Virus record (IMG/VR): IMGVR_UViG_3300047476_002078
Location: 62,001-126,000 of that record
Strand: one strand, 5' to 3'
Length of the DNA: 64,000 nucleotides
The translations under genes were made by a program, and so were the position numbers. This document shows positions 31,095 to 42,202 of the stretch, piece after piece. Each line of letters begins with the position of its first letter. The stretch's first letter is position 1. The notes under the pieces are model-generated. The model saw nothing but the letters and a program-made list of their open reading frames with translations, was not told the DNA's origin and searched no databases.

Positions 31095-31541
31095 ATGAGC
31101 ATTAATATTGGCGACATTGTAGAACTCAACGGAAAAGAATATAAAATTGTCGGAACGATCAAGCGTTCCTACCTTCTTGAAAGGGAAGGTAAGCAATATA
31201 AAGCGACTGCCGATAAAATCAAAAAGATTCAACAAATCACAGGTCAAAGAGAAAGCACTCCCACGACTTCTTACCTAGAAAGAAGAGTGGCTTACTTGAA
31301 AATTTTCAAAATAGACGCAAAAATACCGACCAATGCAGAAGAGTGTATGCCTTTCTTTGAAAGATTAGTTGGTGAACTATCTCCAGAAAATCTATCTTGT
31401 GACGGAGAGGCTTCACGCTCACAAGTTCAGGCGAAGCTCAGAGAAATCAGAGGAACTTGGAAAGAACTTGAAACGATTGCAGGACGAAGATATTCAGAAC
31501 AAGAAATTGAAGAACGTATGATGGGAGGACTCAATGGATAA
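31095..31541 (+). CDS. hypothetical phage protein
   Basis: Strong GGAGG RBS. Contains LSPENLSCDGE. Confidence 0.65.
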   Translation: MSINIGDIVELNGKEYKIVGTIKRSYLLEREGKQYKATADKIKKIQQITGQRESTPTTSYLERRVAYLKIFKIDAKIPTNAEECMPFFERLVGELSPENLSCDGEASRSQVQAKLREIRGTWKELETIAGRRYSEQEIEERMMGGLNG

Positions 31542-31799
31542 TTTTGAATACAAAGGTTATACTTACTTAAAAGAACTTGATGTAGAACCTGATAACATCA
31601 AAATCTTTCACATGGCTGTAAAAGAAGGTAAAGAAGTACATATAGATTTCAGCCCATACACTGAAATGGATTTTGAAACCTTTCAAATGTTGGTTGATCT
31701 TAATTTTCCAGAAAGGATTGGAGTAAAAACTCCTCATGGGACTTTTTTCTCTCCTTGGAATAAAGATTCTTTGATGAAATTTTGGCTTGAGAGAAAAGT

Positions 31800-32201
31800 A
31801 TGAATATAACTCCAGAATTAGTAAAAACTCTTGAACCTAATCAGATATTTGTTTTTGGCTCAAACGAAGCTGGCAGGCATGGAGCAGGAGCCGCCAAAAA
31901 TGCGGTTAAGTGGGGAGCTATTTATGGGGTAGGTGAGGGATTAAAAGGTCAAACTTATGCTATACCGACAAAAGATAAAAACATTGAGACGCTAAATCTT
32001 GAAGATATAAATGATTACGTTCTTAATTTTTATAACTTTGCCAAGATAAACCCTGATCTTGATTTTTTAGTTACAGAAATAGGGTGCGGTTTAGCAGGTC
32101 TTACTCCAGAACAAATAGCACCTATGTTTAAAGACACTTCAAAACTGCCGAATGTTTACCTACCTTATAGGTTTTGGAATGTTTTGGTGGAAATGGTATA
32201 G
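31800..32201 (+). CDS. macrodomain-like phage protein (A1S_2505/DUF7831-like by recall)
   Basis: IFVFGSNEAGRHGAGAA...YAIPT...FLVTEIGCGLAG, a macro-fold-like Gly-rich loop pattern. Confidence 0.6.
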   Translation: MNITPELVKTLEPNQIFVFGSNEAGRHGAGAAKNAVKWGAIYGVGEGLKGQTYAIPTKDKNIETLNLEDINDYVLNFYNFAKINPDLDFLVTEIGCGLAGLTPEQIAPMFKDTSKLPNVYLPYRFWNVLVEMV

Positions 32202-32203
32202 CC
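32187..32203 (+). promoter_or_regulatory. conserved 17-bp element, variant (copy 3)
   Basis: GTGGAAATGGTATAGCC, which supplies the TAG stop of ORF 31800. Confidence 0.55.
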
Positions 32204-32255
32204 AGCCAAATCTTAATTTAAGATAAGATTTGGCTAAATATAAATGGAGGGATTT

Positions 32256-32618
32256 ATGAAAGCTATTCTGATTGATGTTGAAAAACGTGAAGTAAAAATA
32301 GTTGATGTGGAAAAAGGAATTGATGCGATTTATGCACAGATTAAATGCGACTGTTTCACAGTTGTAACATTAGAAAACGAAGATGCTATTTTTGTAGATG
32401 ATGAAGGTTTACTTAAATTGGATGAAAATTCAAAATTCTTTTTCATTGAAGGTTATCATCAACCTTTAGCAGGAAACGGTTTAATTCTCGGAACCGATGA
32501 AGAAGGTGAAAGCGTTGATGTGAAAAGTGATTTAGAGGATATAAAGAACAAGGTGCGTTTTCTTAACATTCAAGAAATTCACGCTACAAACCCAGAATGG
32601 CTATCTCAATTCTTATAA
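32256..32618 (+). CDS. DUF3846-like protein
   Basis: IFVDDEGLL...LAGNGLILG pattern. GGAGG RBS. Confidence 0.65.
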   Translation: MKAILIDVEKREVKIVDVEKGIDAIYAQIKCDCFTVVTLENEDAIFVDDEGLLKLDENSKFFFIEGYHQPLAGNGLILGTDEEGESVDVKSDLEDIKNKVRFLNIQEIHATNPEWLSQFL

Positions 32619-33299
32619 GAAGGTTTTATGAATAAAATTCAGAGTTACCATTTTGGTTATGTTTTAGAAAAAGTTAATTATGTTGAAGAAGTTTTAGAAA
32701 TTATTGAAACGCCTTATGCGGCTTTAAACATCTTCGGTCAGATTTTAAATCAAAAAAGAGTACACAGAGTAAACTTTTGCAGATTTACTCCGGGCGAGGC
32801 TATTTCAATGCCTTACAAAAATAAAAAGGATTGCGAAGATTTTCAAAAATTATATGAAAATTCGTGATAAAGTAGGTTATATGGAAAATAAATTCAGAAT
32901 GATTGTAATGTGTGATGGAGAAAACGGTTCAATTGTTCCGTGCGAAGATGCGAGCTTGTTTGAAACGCTTGAAGATGCTAAAGAGTGGGCTGAAGCGATT
33001 ATTCAATCAGGCAACGCTCATTACATAAACATATATCAAAACGATGAAATGGTTTGCAGGGTTTTATGAAGACTTTTGATTTCTCAGATTTAGAAAAAGC
33101 TGTATTAGCTGATATTAATCAGAATCATGAGCATATTCCAGATTACTATAGTCTGTGGGCAGATGAGTTTAAAGTTGATCGGAAACTTGTTAAAGAAATT
33201 GCTTGGTTACATTTTTATGACGTGACTAAAGGTGAAAATATAAACCAAATTAAAAACAGTATTCGTTCTACTCTTATACAACGAGGCTATAAAGTATAA

Positions 33300-33376
33300 T
33301 GGCGACCGAGGAGGGACTCGAACCCCCAACCGCTGCCTTAGAAAGACAATGCTCTATCCGGTTGAGCTACTCGGTC
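33300..33376 (-). tRNA. tRNA-Arg(UCU)
   Basis: GACCGAG/CTCGGTC acceptor stem, loop TTTCTAA, GGTTCGAG, encoded CCA. Confidence 0.9.
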
Positions 33377-33410
33377 AAATTCCAATTATTCTGTGTTAAA
33401 TTTTAAAAGT

Positions 33411-34232
33411 CTATTTAAAATTTAATTGAACCTGTGAATCTGTCCCATCTTCATGAGCAAAAGTAAAATAATGCTGTTGATGCCATTTTGATTTGATTGC
33501 ATTTGACAGTCTCATTTTAACTTTCCCTGCTTCATCAAAATCAGTAAAAATGTTTTTAAGATGGCTTCCTGCTACGTGCCCTGTGCCCTTCATCTCATCT
33601 CCTGCATATTGTTCCCAGAGAGGCTTTAAATGATTATGCCCTGCGGTAGAGTGGATAACGGAATGTTGTCCATATTTTTTACCAATTGCTTCCAAGTCTT
33701 TTGGAGAAACTTTATTTGTGTGGTGAACCATGAAAACATTTTCATCATTCCCCATGAAGTGCCCTGTACCTCTGTGAAAAACAACGCCCATTTTCTGAAG
33801 TTCTTGCATGAGTTGTTGTGTACGTTTTTTATTTTCTTCGGAATCTGTTTTTTGACCATGTGGGTTTTCTGCGGTTAGTACCGTAAATGAACCGTGGTTT
33901 AAATGATGCTTGAGAAATTTTTTATCTATTGGGGCTGCTCCGGAAATAAAAGGTCGTGCGTTTTCGGAAGTCTTTACTTGCGTTCTTGTTCTCAATTCTT
34001 TGAACTTATCAAAGTCTAATTTTGTATCGGGATGATTCTGCTTAAACATATCGTAAGCAGTATTAATGCTCTCGTCTGATTTAGTCTGTGGTTTATTTTG
34101 AGAAGGTTGAGCAAAAAGAGGGTCATTTGGTCTTTTTTTAGTCAAAGGGTGTAACTTCTTATAGTCTTCATAAGTTATTTTGGCTTTTTTAAGCTTATTT
34201 TCAAGTTCAGAGATTAAGTCAGATACTTTCAT
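33411..34232 (-). CDS. leader plus YEDYKKLHP module protein with a DUF3293-like C-terminal domain
   Basis: MKVSDLISELENKLKKAK-ITYEDYKKLHPLTKKRPNDPLF, and FTVLTAENP...EENKKRTQQL...GTGHF...ENVFMV. Confidence 0.65.
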   Translation of the reverse strand: MKVSDLISELENKLKKAKITYEDYKKLHPLTKKRPNDPLFAQPSQNKPQTKSDESINTAYDMFKQNHPDTKLDFDKFKELRTRTQVKTSENARPFISGAAPIDKKFLKHHLNHGSFTVLTAENPHGQKTDSEENKKRTQQLMQELQKMGVVFHRGTGHFMGNDENVFMVHHTNKVSPKDLEAIGKKYGQHSVIHSTAGHNHLKPLWEQYAGDEMKGTGHVAGSHLKNIFTDFDEAGKVKMRLSNAIKSKWHQQHYFTFAHEDGTDSQVQLNFK

Positions 34233-34734
34233 GGATACACCTTCAATAAATTAAACATTACTTTTTACGTTATTATTAAAACATAATACTTTTTGACTTT
34301 AAATAACAATCAGGCATTAATGTTTTTACATCATTATAGAAATACAAAGGCTCATTTATGATGATTTCAAAAAAAGTAAGTTTTTACAAAAATGACAAAG
34401 GTGAGAGCCTTTCTTGTATTGTTTACGACAAAGACAATTTTTTTGTAACTTTGAAAGAAAGCTCCGACGGTGATTTAGATATTGAATTTAAGACTGAAAA
34501 CTTAGGAGAGATCAAGATAGCTACTCAGTTAGGATACTCAGATTTAAGCGAATATGAAGTTTTAGATGATATTGCTGTAAACATCATAGAAACGCTCACA
34601 TTTTACGGTGAAGAGGTTCTTGGCGACTTGGTTGAATACTATAACAACATTGATATAAGTGAAGTTGTAGAAGCCACCACGCATTAAAATCCGACTAATT
34701 TAGTTTTAAGAATTTACTAATTCATTGCGTTATA

Positions 34735-35397
34735 ATGAATGGGATAGTTAAATTCTATTTAATTATTATCATGTGTCTTTTTTACCGTGATATTAATATC
34801 CGTTCAACTCTAATGGAAGAACATTCCGAAGATAATGTTTATGTTTATCCTAATGTAGAACAATCTTTCTCTGAAAAATTTTCCGTAAACATCATAGCTA
34901 AAAATTACAAAAAGCCTGAATTACAAAAACTAAACCAAGCTTCATTATTGCTCGAAGATGTTTTCAATAGCGAAGAATACAGAGAAGAAGTTTTAAATTT
35001 TACATCATTTAGAAGAAAAGCGTTTCAATATAATAGAGATCAAACTAACGAACAGATTTACTTAACGATCATTTGGGGAGCAGAGATTTTAGATTCAAGA
35101 TTCGACAGAGAAATGGATTTAATTGTTCAAATGTATCACGCACCTTTTTCAAAAACAGTAGGATATACTTACTGGAATGAGCCGACAGTTTACACAAATA
35201 AAAAATATCATAGAAGATTTACGCCTTGCGAAGTAGCTTCAAATTTGGTTCACGAGTGGATGCACAAGTTGGGATACTCACATTCCGTAAAATGGGAAGA
35301 AAAAAGGGATTTTACGGTTCCTTATGGGCACAATGAGATAATTAAAAAACTCTGCCCTCTTGCCGAACAAGGTAAATTGACTCCATTATATTGGTAA
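34735..35397 (+). CDS. zincin-type metalloprotease-like protein
   Basis: NLVHEWMHKLGYSH (HExxHxxGxxH). Confidence 0.7.
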   Translation: MNGIVKFYLIIIMCLFYRDINIRSTLMEEHSEDNVYVYPNVEQSFSEKFSVNIIAKNYKKPELQKLNQASLLLEDVFNSEEYREEVLNFTSFRRKAFQYNRDQTNEQIYLTIIWGAEILDSRFDREMDLIVQMYHAPFSKTVGYTYWNEPTVYTNKKYHRRFTPCEVASNLVHEWMHKLGYSHSVKWEEKRDFTVPYGHNEIIKKLCPLAEQGKLTPLYW

Positions 35398-35784
35398 GGT
35401 TTTACTTTTACGGAGTTTTTATGACTAAGAATCAAAAGAAGATAATGTTAGGAGTTGATGGAGTTAAATTTAATTTGAAAAATTTAGCAGACAGGCTAGA
35501 GATTGTTTCGAGAAGTTTAAAAAATATGCCTTTAGAAACAAAACATGAAGATAAGCTACCTGTTGGTCAAGCATCACCCTGTTATGCACTTAAAGAGTTA
35601 GGCGGAGAATTAAGCGTCATTAATTACAACATCAATTATCTGTCGGATATGCTAGAAGATTTTTACAAAGAATATAATAAAGAGGTTATGTAAAATGGAT
35701 TCAATAGGAAGCGTTTGTTGCAAAGACCAATGTAAGGGAACAGAGTACCAATGTGCCTGTCAAAAATGCGACAAAAAATAACGA

Positions 35785-36183
35785 ATGGGAAATTTGAAAA
35801 AATACATAAAAGAAATTTGCAAAATTTACGGTGTAAAGATCAGATTCAAAAATAACTTTTCAGGAGGCGTGTACTGGAAAGGTAAAATAGAAATGGGAAA
35901 ATGTTTGAACAAAAAAGATTACATCGACGTTTTCTGTCACGAATTAGCACATTTTTTAAATGACGTTGAAAGCAAATACCCAGTATATCATCAACAAGAC
36001 AGTTCAAAAGTTATAAAAAGAATGGGTTTAAAAAATTATTCTTTATATGCTTTGAAAGCTGAACTCTATACTGAAAAAAGAGGGAAAGAGATTGCAAAAA
36101 TCTGGTTTCCTCAACATAAATATGAAAGCTCATATTTTAACACCTCCTACTGGAAAGGTTTTTTCTATGGGTATTATCTTTAA
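35785..36183 (+). CDS. ImmA/IrrE-like HExxH metallopeptidase
   Basis: VFCHELAHF...AE motif. Confidence 0.55.
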   Translation: MGNLKKYIKEICKIYGVKIRFKNNFSGGVYWKGKIEMGKCLNKKDYIDVFCHELAHFLNDVESKYPVYHQQDSSKVIKRMGLKNYSLYALKAELYTEKRGKEIAKIWFPQHKYESSYFNTSYWKGFFYGYYL

Positions 36184-36568
36184 GGAGATCACATGGATGC
36201 TTTGAATTTTGTTTATTGGCTTCAAGGTTTTTTAGAATTATCAAACACACAAAATCTGAATGAAGAACAAGTTAAAATTTTAAAAGACCATATAAAACTT
36301 GTTTTAGAAAAGAAAACTCCAAATTATTCTCCTTTTACAACCTCTCCGCCTTACCATCAACCTTTTGTAATCAATACTCCGAATAATATACCTATGACTC
36401 CGATTTGCTCTACTAATGTTAAACTCGATAATCGCTCTTTCTGTAACTCAGGTTTGACTCTAAATGAAGGTGTCTCCCCATTAACTTTTAACGATGGAGT
36501 AGCCCCTTTAACTTTCGAGGACATACCGTCTTTTGAAGAATAAGTAATAACAGTTACTTAGCCTCCGA

Positions 36569-36585
36569 GTGGAATCGGTATAGCC
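36569..36585 (+). promoter_or_regulatory. conserved 17-bp phage upstream element (copy 4)
   Basis: GTGGAATCGGTATAGCC, 19 nt before ATG 36605 (GGAGG RBS). Confidence 0.75.
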
Positions 36586-37575
36586 GATGAAACTTGGAGG
36601 AACTATGAAAAGTACAACTGCATGGGAGCTAAAAAAAGATCAATTAATCCACCTCGATGGAAAATCTCACCGTATAGAATTTGTAAATAAAAACAAACAA
36701 GAATATTCAGTCACTATTAAAGTAAACGGACAATTTAAAGTCATGGGAGCGAGTCAACATTGCGTTGTTTCTAACGACTTGTTCGGAGCCATTATGAAGT
36801 TTGAAGAAGATGAATTGGATGAATCAAAAATAATTGAACTTATTGAAGAAGAAAATGAATCTAACGAAATTCAATACAGGAGGGCAGCATGATCGGTTAT
36901 TTAAAAGATGGCAGGCAGGTAGAATTTTCTGTTTTTGGAAGGTACGAAGATGATCTAACTATAGACGATATTTACTTCACAGAATCAGAAGATGAAGTGA
37001 GCCAAGAAGATATTGACTACATCGAGAAAACATACGCACAAGAAATTTACGAAAATTGGATAGAAGATCAAATCGCACGAGCAGAAGATTGGGCTGAAAG
37101 AAATATGGAAAGGTGAGGGTTAAACCCCACCTTCCACCTTTGCCAAAATCGAAAGTAATTCTTTTTCATATTTTGGATTAATCACATCATGTTCAAGTTC
37201 TACATCCAGAATAGCCTTCATTATTTCTTTTTCTCTTGTAGTAAATCTTTCCCCTGCTTGAGAATTGGCAAGAAGCTCATTAACATCCCAAGTTTGACGA
37301 GACATAAAGTATGATGCAGGCTGTTTAAGAAGTTCTTCCATGCCTCTTTGTAGCAATTTAAAGTAGTTTAAATCGGCTCCTGCCTGACCTCTCTGGGCTT
37401 TTAGGTTCCCTTTAGCATCTCGTCTAATAAAGCGGTAAAAAATGTCGCTTTGGCTATCAGGATAGTTGTACTGACAGTTTTGGAAACATAGTTTCTCTCC
37501 ATCTGGTAAATCTAAAGTAACCTCAAAACGAACATCAATTCTAGTAGTCATTTGTCCTCCATGTGTGGTTTAAAG

Positions 37576-37604
37576 TTGCATAAAGTAAGCACATGATGTA
37601 TTAT
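37576..37604 (+). promoter_or_regulatory. sigma70-like promoter
   Basis: TTGCAT-N17-TATTAT in a divergent intergenic region. Confidence 0.5.
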
Positions 37605-37642
37605 GAGTATCACATGTGTATCTTTTATGCAAGAGGTATCGA

Positions 37643-38077
37643 ATGAAGTTCGTTTATAACGATGGAGGGAGAAAGGACGCAGGATTTAAGGGGTCGGCTG
37701 GGGACTGCGTAGTGAGAGCTATAGCAATAGCAACAGGATTACCTTATAAGAGAGTCTATGACGATATTAACGAACTGTGTAAGCTTCATAATGATAAGAA
37801 GAAAGTTAAGAAAGGTACAAATTCTTCTTCACGGGAAGGAGTATCTCGACCTGTATATGACAAGTATCTGAAGGAACTAGGTTGGTTCTGGGTCCCGACC
37901 ATGAAGATAGGTCAAGGGTGTAAGGTTCATCTAAAAGAAGATGAACTACCGAAGGGAAAGCTAATAGTAAGCGTATCAAAACACATGGTAGCGGTTATAG
38001 ACGGGGTAATTCACGATACATATAAAGAAGATCGGGACGGAACGAGATGCGTTTATGGCTACTTCTATAAGCCTTGA
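37643..38077 (+). CDS. conserved phage hypothetical protein (GDCVVRAI motif)
   Basis: GAGG RBS. YNDGGR...GDCVVRAIAIATG...HMVAVIDG, a possible Cys-His pair. Confidence 0.65.
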   Translation: MKFVYNDGGRKDAGFKGSAGDCVVRAIAIATGLPYKRVYDDINELCKLHNDKKKVKKGTNSSSREGVSRPVYDKYLKELGWFWVPTMKIGQGCKVHLKEDELPKGKLIVSVSKHMVAVIDGVIHDTYKEDRDGTRCVYGYFYKP

Positions 38078-38277
38078 GTTATAAAAATTCGTTCCGAGTT
38101 GTTGGAAGTGCAAGGGCAGTATTTTTGGAAGATTTTTGAAAGTTTTTGGAAGTGTTTAGAGCACTCGGAACGTATTTAAAAACTTTACCGTAAATTGAAA
38201 TTAATTCAACATTGTTTTTCACGGTGCAAGAATTTTTAAGATTCACGCACAGCACAATTTACTAATTTAATCTTGTT

Positions 38278-38532
38278 TTGATGAGATTATTTTTTCTTGC
38301 TCTGTTTATATCTTTTAACAGTTTCGCTCTGGAAACAGTTATTTGCAACGGTGCGGAAGAATCATATAAGTGCTACACTTATTCTAAAGACGAACCTCAA
38401 TACTACGAAAATGTCATAAATGTTCATGAATCCGATGGATGGAAAGAAGAAAAAAGTGACTCAGATAGTCAGGATTCCGAATACTCCTATAAAGAAAAAT
38501 CAAGTTTACCGTATATTTTTCTTCGTAATTAA
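38278..38532 (+). CDS. secreted hypothetical protein
   Basis: MMRLFFLALFISFNSFA signal peptide. Confidence 0.55.
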   Translation: MMRLFFLALFISFNSFALETVICNGAEESYKCYTYSKDEPQYYENVINVHESDGWKEEKSDSDSQDSEYSYKEKSSLPYIFLRN

Positions 38533-38838
38533 CCTCATGCAGTTTATTGTTTTACTATCGAGGATAAAGCAATGAATTTGTATTACGTTGAAGTAGCTCT
38601 AAGTTATAAAACTTCCGATGTTTATTATGTATGGGATTACGGCTTGCACACGATTGAGGAATACGTAGGTAGAAATGAAAACGGTGAGTTGAAGTTAAGG
38701 GATTCAAGTCCGGAAGCTCATCTTAGTTTTAAAGATTTTTTGGATACTACAGAGTACCCCAATTATCGAGGCAGATTCACTAAATTTATAAAATGCTTTT
38801 GAACTAATTTTCTATAATATCACTATATTCGGAGAGAA

Positions 38839-39393
38839 ATGATGAACTGTGAACCACAACTAAATGTAGAAGCTAAAGAAATTAGTGTTTATAGAAACGT
38901 ATTACCTGAAAATCTTTGCAAACACTTGATTGAAAAATTGGAAGGAACTGAGTTTTTTCTGCCGACAAATAAAGCAAAATTAAAAGCCGTAAATTTAGAA
39001 GACTTTCCTGACGATATGTTTGTAGTTAAAAATTTTGTTGAAATTTGTGCTAATAAATATTTGCAGCAATTCGATAAAAAATTATCAAGCGAGCATCTTG
39101 TATTTGATTCGATGTTTGTGGCTCGTTACAACACTGGAGATGCTTTTCCTGTTCACCACGACTTTCTTAGCGGTAATATCTTTACAGTTATGGTTGTACT
39201 TAATGATGATTATGAAGGCGGAGATTTAATATTTCCGAAACAGCATGTTTCGATAAAAGGTGGAACGGGGGATATAATTATTTTCCCTACTCTTTTTATT
39301 TATCCTCACGAAGTTACTACGATCACCAAAGGTTGTAGAAATGCAATATTTATACGACTTGGTTACGATACTCAAAAGATGAAATATGGTTAA
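38839..39393 (+). CDS. 2OG-Fe(II) oxygenase (prolyl-4-hydroxylase-like)
   Basis: YNTGDAFPVHHD...LNDDYEGGDL.F...YPHEV...GCR. Confidence 0.88.
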   Translation: MMNCEPQLNVEAKEISVYRNVLPENLCKHLIEKLEGTEFFLPTNKAKLKAVNLEDFPDDMFVVKNFVEICANKYLQQFDKKLSSEHLVFDSMFVARYNTGDAFPVHHDFLSGNIFTVMVVLNDDYEGGDLIFPKQHVSIKGGTGDIIIFPTLFIYPHEVTTITKGCRNAIFIRLGYDTQKMKYG

Positions 39394-39486
39394 TAAAATA
39401 TGATTTTAAACATATTATCCTAATTTCTCCTCTCAAAAAATTATCGTTTTATACTTTTTAAAGTTTGTTAAAACTTTTTAAAAGGT

Positions 39487-39930
39487 ATGAAGATGGAAAA
39501 ATTGTTTCACCAGCATTTACTACTAAGAGCCTATGTTAAAAACCCTCCAAAACAAGAAGAGGTTTTGAATCAATGGATGCTAGAATTGATTCAAGACATT
39601 AAAATGGAAATCGCTGTTCCCCCTAGATCATGCTATGTAGATAAAGCAGGAAACGAAGGTTTGACAGGTTCTATAGCTTTCACTGGGGTTGCAAATATCC
39701 AAACGAGCCACTTTGCCATTCATATCTGGGATGGTTTAGAACTACCGAAAATTGAGATGGATTTGTATAGTTGTTCATGCTTTTCTGAAATGACTATTCT
39801 AAAAAAGTTGTCAGAGTGGGATTTAGTCAAATATTATTTTATAATGGTAGATAGAAATCAAATTCCATTTACCATAGTAAACCAAACGCAAGATGAAGTT
39901 TTATGGGATTCTCAAAAATTGCTAGACTAG
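39487..39930 (+). CDS. speD: S-adenosylmethionine decarboxylase proenzyme-like
   Basis: HQHLLL...GLTG...QTSHFAIHIW...DLYSCS pattern, with the putative pyruvoyl Ser in TSH. Confidence 0.7.
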   Translation: MKMEKLFHQHLLLRAYVKNPPKQEEVLNQWMLELIQDIKMEIAVPPRSCYVDKAGNEGLTGSIAFTGVANIQTSHFAIHIWDGLELPKIEMDLYSCSCFSEMTILKKLSEWDLVKYYFIMVDRNQIPFTIVNQTQDEVLWDSQKLLD

Positions 39931-40706
39931 CTAGAGACAAAGAGTTTATTGGTAAAACATTTAATTCAATTAAACTAATTAAAAGAGCTAAGGGTGATTC
40001 CAGAGCTACTTGGAAAGCGGAGTGCCTAGAGTGCGGTAAAAAATTTTATGTTTTAGAAAAGGTAGTTTTAAGCGGAAATAAAAAAAGCTGCGGATGTAAA
40101 AAGTTAAAATACTTATCTTTAGGCACAAAAATATCAGCTTATAAAAAGATAAAATCTCGTGGTGATAGGCTTATAGGGAAAAGGTTCGGCAAGTTAGAAA
40201 TATTAAAAATTTATGAAATACAAGATAACTTTAAAAATAGAATTTACTGCGATGTAAAATGTGATTGCGGTAAAATAAAAAAAGTTAGATATGACTCCGT
40301 AAAAAACTCTAAATCTTGCGGTTGTTCAGTAATTCAGAAAAATAAGGAAAGGTCTAAAAAATTTTCTGCCGAAAACCACCTGTTTAAGCATACAAAAGCA
40401 ACTGCTAAAAAGAGAAATTTATCATTTACTTTAGATTTTATGACTTTTATATCTATTATAGAGAAAAATTGTTACTATTGCGGTCAGGAACCGACTTTAT
40501 TTTATCTCAATGATAGTTCAAGATGTTTTCGTAACGGTATAGATAGAATGGATAATTCTAAAGGCTACGAAGAATCAAACTGTGTCCCTTGTTGCTACGT
40601 ATGTAATAGGGGAAAAAGTAATATGCTTATGAAGGATTGGTTGGATTATATCAATCGAATAGTAAATTTCTATAAATCAAGCGAATACAAAATAGACTTT
40701 CCGTAA
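39903..40706 (+). mobile_element. free-standing HNH homing endonuclease
   Basis: Two GKxF...CxCG...KSCGC repeats, then CYYCG...NGIDRMDNSKGY...CVPCCYVCNRGK. Overlaps the speD 3' end. Confidence 0.8.
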
Positions 40707-40751
40707 ATTCATGCGGTACGATTTCCATATAGGGAGAAATACCGCATGAAT
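40707..40751 (+). promoter_or_regulatory. hairpin sequestering the RBS and ATG of ORF 40746
   Basis: 12-bp perfect inverted repeat ATTCATGCGGTA / TACCGCATGAAT enclosing GGGAG. Confidence 0.6.
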
Positions 40752-42202
40752 GATAAAGAAGATTTGATCGCTCTATTAAATGAAATTTTGTGTGAAGCTT
40801 ATCAAGATCACGAAGCTGAAGCTAAATTGTCTCTATCTATAATTAGAGAAAAACTTCAGCCTTTTTCGACTAAAGAATTTCCGTATTCTGTTCAAAGAAA
40901 ACTTCAAAAAGAGATTGATAAATTGACTAATATTTACAATTTTTATCAGTCTTTTCCGAACATTCCAGAACACATTCAAAATGAAGCTAGAGAGATGTTT
41001 TTAAAAAAATGAAGTTTTTAATTCATTCAATCCTAGAGAAATTTTTTCAAAAACTTTCAGTTTGGAATCATTTTCTTTTTTACGAAGAAAATAAACATTT
41101 ACCTACGACCAAATACAGACCTAGCAAAAAAGTTTCTCAGATATGTTCTTATTGCGGTAATCACTTTAAGGTAGGTTCAAATTTTGGTAAAACAGAAGTC
41201 AGAAAATTAACACCACTGTATTTCAAAGTGCGGAATGATAAAATCAGTATTTATCCTCAAGCTCACGAAGTTAAAGGATACATAAAATCTCAAACTTCTG
41301 ATTCAGATTTAACATGCCCTTTCTGTTTTAAAAAATTTTCTACGGCAGTATCATTTAAAACTCTCGATGTTATAGTTGTTCTTTTTTATTAGCTATATGC
41401 TTGTCTAAACAATAGTCCCCAATTACGCACATAGCTAAGAACATTATAAATTCAGATACGGCTGACATTTCTATTTTTAATACCTGACCTGCTAAGATAA
41501 AAAACATACTGCCTATAAATCTCATAAAAAAGCCTTTTTACCGTAAAATATATTTGCTATTCTTTCACGGGAGGAATTTATGGTCAATGACATTCAAAAA
41601 ATAGTTGAAACTTCTCACGCTCTTGTTAATCTTGTACATGCTTTTATTAACCACACTAGCGAACTTGAAGCAAAAAATAAAAAATTGAGAGAGTGTCTGG
41701 AATTTTATTCAAAAAAAGAAAATTACCACGATCTTTTAGATTATAAAAATCTCCACTCCTTTACTAGAATAGGTTATCAAACTTCTTTAGGTGCAGATGA
41801 TGGTGAATTTGCTCGTAAAACTTTAAAGGAACTAAATGAGTAATGAAGACACTATACTTTTAGTTCTCGTAATAACTTATTGCTTAGTCAAAATTATAAA
41901 GGCTTTAAAAGAATGAAAATTACACAAGAAAAAATAGATGAATTTAGGAGAAACTCTGAGGAGCTTTTGATTGCCAAAAGGCAGCTTAAAGAACTTCAAG
42001 AAAGAATACTGCGTATTGAAGAACATCATTTTAATATTGTTGATTCGCTTCTAAACACGATTGAGCAACTACAAAAAGAAAACATAAGGTTGCAAGGAAA
42101 CTAAATTGAAAAACATTTCAAAATGGATGTTTACTATATACTACGTTTTTATGGCTTTGTTTGGTATAAAAATTTTATCTGACATCATACGAGAAAAAAT
42201 GT

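Noticed and set aside
32204-32235. 12-bp inverted repeat as a terminator
   Set aside because: There is no U-tract on either side. Its function is unassigned.
38101-38154. TTTTTGGAAG short repeats as a functional element
   Set aside because: Low complexity, three imperfect copies, and no supporting context.
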